Virus record (IMG/VR): IMGVR_UViG_3300009365_002071
DNA length: 6,291 nucleotides
Reading direction: 5' to 3' (one strand)
Source: a virus
In this document: in pieces, positions 1-4,320 of the stretch
How positions within the stretch are numbered: the first letter of the stretch is position 1
Layout: each line of letters opens with the position of its first letter
Translations under genes and position numbers: made by a program
Notes under the pieces: model-generated
The model's input: only the letters and a program-made list of their open reading frames with translations
Told to the model about the DNA's origin: nothing
Databases searched by the model: none

Positions 1-85
1 CCGCTATGAGCGTTCCGAAGCGTTCCGCGTTGTTGAGATATACCGACAGCGCCTGGAGCAAGCTGGATTATCGACGGATTATTAG
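1..85 (+). CDS. 3' fragment (duplicate copy) of the 101-aa basic DNA-binding protein gene annotated at 5952..6257
   Basis: Same sequence and frame as 6173..6257, ending ...STDY then TAG at 83-85. It is partial only because of where the circle was cut. Confidence 0.7.
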   Translation, partial: RYERSEAFRVVEIYRQRLEQAGLSTDY

Positions 86-119
86 GACCTCCGTCGCCTG
101 GACGCGATCACGGTCAGTC
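1..119. repeat. Terminal direct repeat, copy 1 (circular-contig overlap)
   Basis: Base-by-base identical to 6173-6291. The repeat starts inside a CDS, which is what a circular molecule linearised with redundant ends looks like, rather than a biological LTR. Confidence 0.95.
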
Positions 120-332
120 GCAACCCCGCCGACCTCCCCCCGCGCCCTGTCCAACCCGGTTTTGGTTGTAATGATGGCGCTCGCTTGGTGGTTCAGGGCT
201 ACCAGAACCGGGAAACCTGCTTCACCTCGACCATTTGTTTTTTTGTGTTAGGATTCGCACAGACATAAAAAAACCCCCGTGATTTGCTTGGCGGCTTCAC
301 GGGGGTTTATGGCCCCGCCGGAGGGGGCTTGC
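86..332 (+). other. Major intergenic region; candidate replication origin / packaging signal / rep promoter
   Basis: It is one of only two non-coding stretches longer than 100 nt (the other is 2120..2237) and lies directly upstream of rep, as in other inoviruses. It contains GACCTCC twice (86-92, 131-137), possible long-range pairing CCCGGTT (156-162) with AACCGGG (207-213), a T-rich tract at 238-249, and a 12-bp-stem hairpin at 271-308. A weak sigma70-like candidate is TTGTGT (243-248), 17 nt, TAAAAA (266-271). Confidence 0.4.
264..308 (-). terminator. GC-rich hairpin with T7 tract on the minus strand (intrinsic terminator oriented for minus-strand transcripts; alternatively an ori/packaging hairpin)
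   Basis: The stem AAACCCCCGTGA (271-282) pairs perfectly with TCACGGGGGTTT (297-308), with a 14-nt loop. On the minus strand the stem is followed by TTTTTTT (complement of A264-A273 region). On the plus strand only TTTAT follows. Confidence 0.5.
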
Positions 333-1676
333 ATGGATCATACTCGCAAACGCATTGCACCTCAATTACCGCACCCGCAGGCCGCGCAGCGGCCCCTTGG
401 TAATACTGCTAAATCCTCTTCACCCCCCAGCGAACAAAAAAAGCGGCGTGAGCGTTTCGAGGCTCTGATGCAGGCCCGCGTCTGGCTGTCGAAGTCTCCC
501 AAGTGTAGGCGGGCTGACGTCAAGTATCCCGGCGATGCGTACCGTACCCATGATTGCAAGTGGACGATGCTCGGCCAGCAGGTCTACTGCCTTCGGGACC
601 CTGCCAACAAGGCCGCTCACTTTGGTTCCCTGGTAACGTGCGGGTCCGTCTGGGCTTGTCCGGTTTGCGCCTCCAAGATTCAGCAGCGCCGCCGGGGCGA
701 GCTTCAGCAGCTTACAAGCTGGGTGGAGTCCACCGACCGCCATGCAATTATGGTCACTTTCACGTTTCCCCATACCCGGATTCAGACATTGCGCGAGTTG
801 CTTCTGAGGCAGCGCGAGGCGTTCGGCAAGCTCCGCGCCGGTAAAGCGTGGGTTCGCATCAAGGCCGCAATGGGTTATCAGGCTATGGTGCGCTCACTTG
901 AGATTACCCATGGTTCATCCGGCTGGCATCCTCACACACATGAACTGTGGGTTTTGAGCGGTCAGCCAAGCATGGCCGATCGTGCCCGCCTTCTGGGCGA
1001 AATCGTTGATCGCTGGGAAAAGTGCTGCATCTCTTCCGGTCTGCTCGATCCTTCCGACGAGGTTAAGGTCCGCGCCTTCCGTGCCCACTCCGTCGATATC
1101 CGCTGGCAGGTGTCCTGCGCTGAGTACCTGGCGAAACAGGACGCGGCTCGTGCTTGGGGCGTCGAGTCCGAGTTGGCGCTGTCGAGGACGAAAAATGGCC
1201 GAGCTTCCGGCGTTCACCCCCATGAGTTTCTTGTCCGTCAGGCAGACGGTGATTCGTCCAGGTATCTCGAATTTGTCGATGCGACCAAGGAAGTCAGAGC
1301 TCGTCAGCTTTATTGGTCGCAGGGCCTTAAAGCTGCTTGCGGTGTTGTTGACCTGTCTGACGAGGAACTGGCCGACGATTCCCAGCAGCTTGCCGAGTAT
1401 TTCTCCGGTTTAACTGCTGACCAGTGGCGGGCAGTTCGCGGTAATGGCGTTCGTGCTCATTTGCTTGAGTATGTCGCGGCTGGTGATATGACTGGCTTTT
1501 TGTCTCTCCTGCATTCTGTGGGTGCCCCGCTGTTCCTTGATCAGCGTCAACAGCTCGCGCTCGGTAATTCCCTGGACGGCTGCGAACTTAATCAGCCTTT
1601 TCACTTCGTCCGTTTGCATCATCCTTGCCCCGCTCCTTTGCAATTTTCATCAGGTTTTCCACCGCCTGCGTCATAG
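333..1676 (+). CDS. Rolling-circle replication initiator, HUH endonuclease (pC194/Rep_1 - Phage_CRI-like)
   Basis: Long ORF. The start is chosen at ATG 333 because GGAGG (320-324) lies 8 nt upstream. The GTG 279 and ATG 309 alternatives lie inside or next to the hairpin and have no SD. Motifs: Cys cluster CGSVWACPVC (639-665), HUH-type WHPHTHELW (HPHTH at 927-941), and catalytic-Tyr motif AEYLAKQ (Tyr codon 1125-1127, Y-x-x-K). Confidence 0.9.
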   Translation: MDHTRKRIAPQLPHPQAAQRPLGNTAKSSSPPSEQKKRRERFEALMQARVWLSKSPKCRRADVKYPGDAYRTHDCKWTMLGQQVYCLRDPANKAAHFGSLVTCGSVWACPVCASKIQQRRRGELQQLTSWVESTDRHAIMVTFTFPHTRIQTLRELLLRQREAFGKLRAGKAWVRIKAAMGYQAMVRSLEITHGSSGWHPHTHELWVLSGQPSMADRARLLGEIVDRWEKCCISSGLLDPSDEVKVRAFRAHSVDIRWQVSCAEYLAKQDAARAWGVESELALSRTKNGRASGVHPHEFLVRQADGDSSRYLEFVDATKEVRARQLYWSQGLKAACGVVDLSDEELADDSQQLAEYFSGLTADQWRAVRGNGVRAHLLEYVAAGDMTGFLSLLHSVGAPLFLDQRQQLALGNSLDGCELNQPFHFVRLHHPCPAPLQFSSGFPPPAS

Positions 1677-1758
1677 TCCAACCGCGTTCAGCGCATAGCA
1701 ATTTAAGCTCTTTATGCACCTGTTTTTCCAGGCTGATCGTCTTAGGTCTATCGGTCAT
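1588..1758 (-). CDS. Ribbon-helix-helix (CopG/Arc/MetJ-like) DNA-binding protein, putative phage repressor/regulator, 56 aa
   Basis: The minus-strand ORF is trimmed to the internal ATG at 1758, which is preceded by AAGGGG 9 nt upstream. The sequence MTDRPKTISLEKQVHKELKLLCAERGWTMTQAVENLMKIAKERG fits a beta-strand / helix / turn / helix RHH pattern. It is the only credible minus-strand gene. Confidence 0.7.
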   Translation of the reverse strand: MTDRPKTISLEKQVHKELKLLCAERGWTMTQAVENLMKIAKERGKDDANGRSEKAD

Positions 1759-1846
1759 TTCATTTGACCCCTTGTGTTTTTGTGTTTTTGCGTCTAACGT
1801 TGTTCCCGTTGGATACATTTACATTATTTCACAAGGGTGAATTGAA
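1759..1846. promoter_or_regulatory. Divergent control region between the RHH gene and the SSB/structural operon
   Basis: An 88-nt AT/T-rich spacer between divergent start codons. It holds the tandem TGTGTTTT TGTGTTTTT (1774-1789), tandem TACATT TACATT (1814-1825), and a candidate -35 TTGTTC (1800-1805) with -10-like CATTAT/ATTATT (1822-1828). It is flanked by mirrored SD/start-codon arms. Confidence 0.5.
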
Positions 1847-2119
1847 ATGACTACGACTTTCCGGATGGAAATCGACGGCCAGAAAAAAACCGGCACTCGC
1901 ATTGATCGCAAAACCAACGCTCAGATCCAATATTTTATTTACGTCGCCTATGTCGTCCTTCCCGGCTACAAACATCCTCAGGCGGTAGAGCATTATAGCG
2001 AAACGCCTTTACAGCCGGGCTCTCTGTTTGATGTTCCAGTTATTGCCGAGGTCAAAGACGGCAAGGTTGCGTTCTCGGCTGACTATCGAGCCGCCAAGCA
2101 AGTCACCAAGGCCGCGTAA
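1847..2119 (+). CDS. ssDNA-binding protein (gene V analogue, Pf3-SSB-like), 90 aa
   Basis: Its position is immediately after rep. SD AAGGG (1833-1837) precedes the start. The size is typical. The C-terminal pattern PLQPGSLFDVPVIAEVKDGKVAFSADYRAAK resembles, from memory, the Pf3 SSB pattern ...IPAGSYQVPYRINVNNGRPELAFDFKAMK. Confidence 0.72.
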   Translation: MTTTFRMEIDGQKKTGTRIDRKTNAQIQYFIYVAYVVLPGYKHPQAVEHYSETPLQPGSLFDVPVIAEVKDGKVAFSADYRAAKQVTKAA

Positions 2120-2128
2120 CCGTGAGCG

Positions 2129-2180
2129 CGCGCCGGTCTGATGTTTCCTTTCGAGCACTCCCCGGCGCGTTTGCTTTTTC
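2129..2180 (+). terminator. Weak terminator/attenuator-like hairpin after the SSB gene
   Basis: CGCGCCGG (2129-2136) pairs with CCGGCGCG (2162-2169) and is followed by TTTGCTTTTT (2170-2180). The 25-nt loop makes it a poor canonical terminator. Confidence 0.3.
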
Positions 2181-2237
2181 CGTGCCTGTCTTTTGGGTGT
2201 CGTATTTCATCACGTCTTTCTTTGTTGGTGCCTGATC

Positions 2238-2510
2238 ATGGCGGGTTGCTTCGAAGTTGTTCAAGGTTATCTACAGCATGTCGGCGAATTCTCCGACACT
2301 TGCACCGGTTTCGTTGTTGTAACCGCCGACGATTATCGTAACGCCCCCACCTTTGAAGCGCTTTTCACTGTTCCCGAATCCGAGGCTATCAGCTCTGCCT
2401 TTATCGCCGGTCTGAGCCTCCCCCTTATCCTTTGGCTTTCTGCCTGGGGATTCGGTGTGGTGGTCAACTTCATAAACCACCGCTCCGATCAACCAACCTA
2501 TGAGGAGTAA
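2238..2510 (+). CDS. Hypothetical membrane protein (90 aa) in the gVII/gIX position; possible minor virion or morphogenesis protein
   Basis: ORF 2193..2510 is trimmed to ATG 2238, with a weak GGTG at 2227-2230. There is a C-terminal hydrophobic segment, ISSAFIAGLSLPLILWLSAWGFGVVVNFI. Its stop TAA (2508-2510) sits inside the spacer between the coat-gene SD and ATG, so the two are tightly linked. Confidence 0.55.
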   Translation: MAGCFEVVQGYLQHVGEFSDTCTGFVVVTADDYRNAPTFEALFTVPESEAISSAFIAGLSLPLILWLSAWGFGVVVNFINHRSDQPTYEE

Positions 2511-2515
2511 TACCG

Positions 2516-2650
2516 ATGGACTTCACCGCCGTTACGTCCGCTGTGGACGCCACCACTATCGTTGCAGCCATTGCAGCGATTGCCGCAATCAAAATCCTTC
2601 CCGGCGTTGCCAAATGGGGCTTTGGTAAGGTTATCGGCTGGTTCCGTTAA
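2516..2650 (+). CDS. Major coat protein, 44 aa, leaderless Pf3-type (gene VIII analogue)
   Basis: Not in the supplied ORF track because it is too short. ATG 2516 is preceded by GAGGAG (2502-2507) 8 nt upstream. The translation is MDFTAVTSAVDATTIVAAIAAIAAIKILPGVAKWGFGKVIGWFR: an acidic N-terminus (D2, D11), an Ala/Ile-rich helix core and a basic C-terminus (K26, K33, K38, R44). A strong terminator follows, as after gene VIII in Ff phages. Confidence 0.85.
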   Translation: MDFTAVTSAVDATTIVAAIAAIAAIKILPGVAKWGFGKVIGWFR

Positions 2651-2658
2651 TCGTGGCT

Positions 2659-2688
2659 GGCCCGTCTTTCGACGGGCCTTTCTTTTTC
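2659..2688 (+). terminator. Rho-independent terminator downstream of the major coat gene
   Basis: GGCCCGTC (2659-2666), loop TTTC, GACGGGCC (2671-2678), then TTTCTTTTTC (2679-2688). Confidence 0.85.
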
Positions 2689-2704
2689 TGACGTGGCCTT
2701 TCTG

Positions 2705-2788
2705 ATGATCTATCTGATCCTTTCTTTCGTCTGGGGCATCGTCTGCGCTAAGGCGATTCAGTCCGGTTTTGATTCAACGGTGAACTGA
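2705..2788 (+). CDS. 27-aa hydrophobic micro-ORF translationally coupled to the pIII-like gene (possible minor coat protein or coupling leader)
   Basis: The ORF from ATG 2705 to TGA 2786-2788 encodes MIYLILSFVWGIVCAKAIQSGFDSTVN. Its stop overlaps the pIII ATG (TGATG). The size and hydrophobicity resemble Ff pVII/pIX (32-33 aa). There is no clear SD. Confidence 0.35.
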   Translation: MIYLILSFVWGIVCAKAIQSGFDSTVN

Positions 2789-4017
2789 TGCGCAAAATTC
2801 TGTTACTCGTCGTGTCTTTGGCTTTGTTGCCATCCCAGGCATACGCGGCGTTTTATACGTTTACCTCATACCAGTTCGGCGGCTCTTATTCATCTGCTCT
2901 TGATGCTTGTATCGCTGTTTCTAACTACAATCTCGGCGGCAATATTAAGCACGGCGTTGCTACTGTTTCCACATATTCACTCGGTGGTTGGCGGTGCAAT
3001 TTCACGCGTGAAGATGGTTCGACGTGGACCAGTAACACAACCTACCGCGTCACTAGACTTGGCGATTCATGTCCGCCGGACACTGTTTATAATCCGGCAC
3101 AGGGTTCGTGTGATCCAGAGCCGGTCGATTGTTCTGAGTCTGCGGGAACTACAACCTATCAATTTTTCCTCGCAGCGACGCGCAACAGTGTAGACGAACC
3201 ATTTCCAGACCCCTCCACCTATCAGGTCGAGGTTCCGCCCTCTATCTGCTCCAGCGAGTGTCGGTATACCGATTCGTCAACGGGGGACACCGTTACTTGT
3301 GGCCGTCTGACTGGCTCTGATGGCCTCGGCCTGTACTGTTACTCCCCCTTTACCGGCACAGGCGAGCAGTGCCAAGCCTCCGACGAACCCCACACTGGCC
3401 CCGGTGACCTCGGTGGCCCTACTCCTGCCGATCCAGCCGACCCTGAGGACCCCACCGACCCTGCCGTTACTTGCGGCATGACTCCTGGCTATGTCTGGAC
3501 CGGTACAACCTGTGCGCCCGTTTTTGAGCCTGAACCAGACGATGGCGGCTCTGATGGTGGTGATGGTGATGGCGGTACTGATCCCGGCACTGGCGGCGGC
3601 ACAGGCGGAACTGGTGGCGGCACTGGCGGCACTGATCCCGGTACTGGTGATGGCGGTACTGATCCCGGCACTGGCGGTGGCACTGGTGGCTCTGGCGGTA
3701 GCGACGGGGATGGCGGTGATGACTCGACATGCACAGGTGAAGAGTGTGCTCAGGACTGGTATCAGCCCGGCGAACGCACCATGGAAACCGTTATGCAGGG
3801 ATTTACCGACCGTGTTCAGTCGTCCGCCGTTGTCCAGGCTACCGACCGGTTCTTCACGATGAATGTCGGCGGCTCCTGCCCTGTCTGGTCCGTCAATGCC
3901 TGGGTGTTCACCATCGTCATTGACCAGCACTGTTCCAATAATATTCCGTGGGCTGCTATTCGTGCCGTGCTTCTCGCTTGCGCCGGCTTCGTCGCTTTCC
4001 GCTGGGCTTTCCTTTGA
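2788..4017 (+). CDS. pIII-like adsorption / minor coat protein, 409 aa
   Basis: Sec signal peptide MRKILLLVVSLALLPSQAYA|A. The ectodomain has 16 Cys. There is a Pro/Asp-rich segment and then a Gly-rich linker. The conserved-looking C-terminal module (GGSCPVWSVNAWVFTIVIDQHCSNNIPW) ends in the hydrophobic anchor AAIRAVLLACAGFVAFRWAFL. The gene sits between the coat and pVI/pI genes. Confidence 0.85.
   Translation: MRKILLLVVSLALLPSQAYAAFYTFTSYQFGGSYSSALDACIAVSNYNLGGNIKHGVATVSTYSLGGWRCNFTREDGSTWTSNTTYRVTRLGDSCPPDTVYNPAQGSCDPEPVDCSESAGTTTYQFFLAATRNSVDEPFPDPSTYQVEVPPSICSSECRYTDSSTGDTVTCGRLTGSDGLGLYCYSPFTGTGEQCQASDEPHTGPGDLGGPTPADPADPEDPTDPAVTCGMTPGYVWTGTTCAPVFEPEPDDGGSDGGDGDGGTDPGTGGGTGGTGGGTGGTDPGTGDGGTDPGTGGGTGGSGGSDGDGGDDSTCTGEECAQDWYQPGERTMETVMQGFTDRVQSSAVVQATDRFFTMNVGGSCPVWSVNAWVFTIVIDQHCSNNIPWAAIRAVLLACAGFVAFRWAFL
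3538..3723 (+). repeat. In-frame Gly/Thr/Asp low-complexity repeat region (linker) within the pIII-like gene
   Basis: It encodes DDGGSDGGDGDGGTDPGTGGGTGGTGGGTGGTDPGTGDGGTDPGTGGGTGGSGGSDGDGGDD. A 29-nt exact duplication GATGGCGGTACTGATCCCGGCACTGGCGG occurs at 3568-3596 and 3649-3677 (period 81 nt, or 27 codons). ACTGATCCCGG(C/T)ACTGG occurs three times (3577, 3631, 3658). Confidence 0.9.
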
Positions 4018-4026
4018 GGTGTCGCT

Positions 4027-4320
4027 ATGGACTTCTTTACTCTTGAGTTTTGGAAGGGCCTTTGGGATGACTTCGTTGAATTCATCACCGATCTTCCCGC
4101 TGCTGTCCTTGAAAGCATCCTCGGCGTTATCGCCGGGCTGATCGAGTCGCTTACGCCTCCTGATTTTATGAATCAGTCGCTCGGTGATGTACTTGGCCCG
4201 ACCATGCCTTATATCGGCTCCTTTCTTGCCCAATCCGGTTTTGCCGAGGCGTTCGCACTTCTAGGTGCTGGCCTCGCTTTCCGTCTGTTGCGTAAGCTGT
4301 TCACCCTGGGTCAGTGGTAA
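4027..4320 (+). CDS. pVI-like minor coat protein (DUF2523-type small membrane protein), 97 aa
   Basis: SD GAGGTG (4016-4021) lies 5 nt before ATG 4027. There are two or three hydrophobic helices (AAVLESILGVIAGLI; AEAFALLGAGLAFRLL). It occupies the canonical position between the pIII and Zot/pI genes. Its stop overlaps the Zot start (TAATG). Confidence 0.75.
   Translation: MDFFTLEFWKGLWDDFVEFITDLPAAVLESILGVIAGLIESLTPPDFMNQSLGDVLGPTMPYIGSFLAQSGFAEAFALLGAGLAFRLLRKLFTLGQW

Noticed and set aside
9-27. AGCGTTCCG repeated twice with a 10-nt period (also at 6181-6199), considered as iterons
   Set aside because: There are only two copies, they lie inside the orf101 coding sequence (ERSEAFR), and no further copies occur elsewhere. 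This is probably coincidental.
1-119. End repeats as LTR/terminal repeats of a transposon or a linear phage with direct terminal repeats
   Set aside because: The repeat boundary falls mid-codon-run inside a CDS, and the gene content is that of a circular ssDNA phage. An exact overlap of this size is typical of circular contigs from de Bruijn assemblers.
6-251. 81-aa plus-strand ORF at the window start
   Set aside because: Its first 80 nt are an alternative frame of the orf101 3' end, whose true frame ends at TAG 83-85. The rest runs through the GC-rich intergenic/origin region. It has no SD and an Arg/Ser/Pro-rich composition typical of an off-frame read.
251-275. GATTCGCACAGACATAAAAAAA and other CATAA-containing sites (for example 4720-4745), considered as XerCD dif-like attP
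   Set aside because: Only the short CATAA core matches. Neither the XerC-arm nor the XerD-arm consensus is recognisable, and no 6-8-nt central region with a flanking inverted arm is present.
279-332. GTG 279 (and ATG 309) as the rep start, as given in the ORF track
   Set aside because: GTG 279 lies inside the 12-bp hairpin stem, and ATG 309 immediately abuts it with no SD. ATG 333 has GGAGG 8 nt upstream. The extra MICLAASRGFMAPPEGAC residues look non-native.
2193-2237. TTG 2193 as the start of the 105-aa version of the membrane protein, and the overlapping ORF 2141..2341
   Set aside because: TTG 2193 has no SD and lies just after the terminator-like hairpin/T-tract. ATG 2238 is the first ATG and has a weak GGTG. 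ORF 2141..2341 is Arg/Cys/Ser-rich off-frame sequence. The longer form cannot be fully excluded.
3538-3723. Periodic repeats considered as a CRISPR array or satellite
   Set aside because: The repeats are in frame (81-nt period), lack unique spacers, and encode the Gly-rich linker of the pIII-like protein.
3277-4233. 318-aa minus-strand ORF antisense to the pIII-like and pVI-like genes, plus the nested ORFs 3467..3730, 3489..3734 and 3491..3862
   Set aside because: These are shadow ORFs created by the stop-poor GGN/GAT repeat region. Their products are low-complexity (poly-Ala/Ser/Thr, His/Arg/Gln or Pro runs). They have no SD and conflict with two well-supported plus-strand genes.
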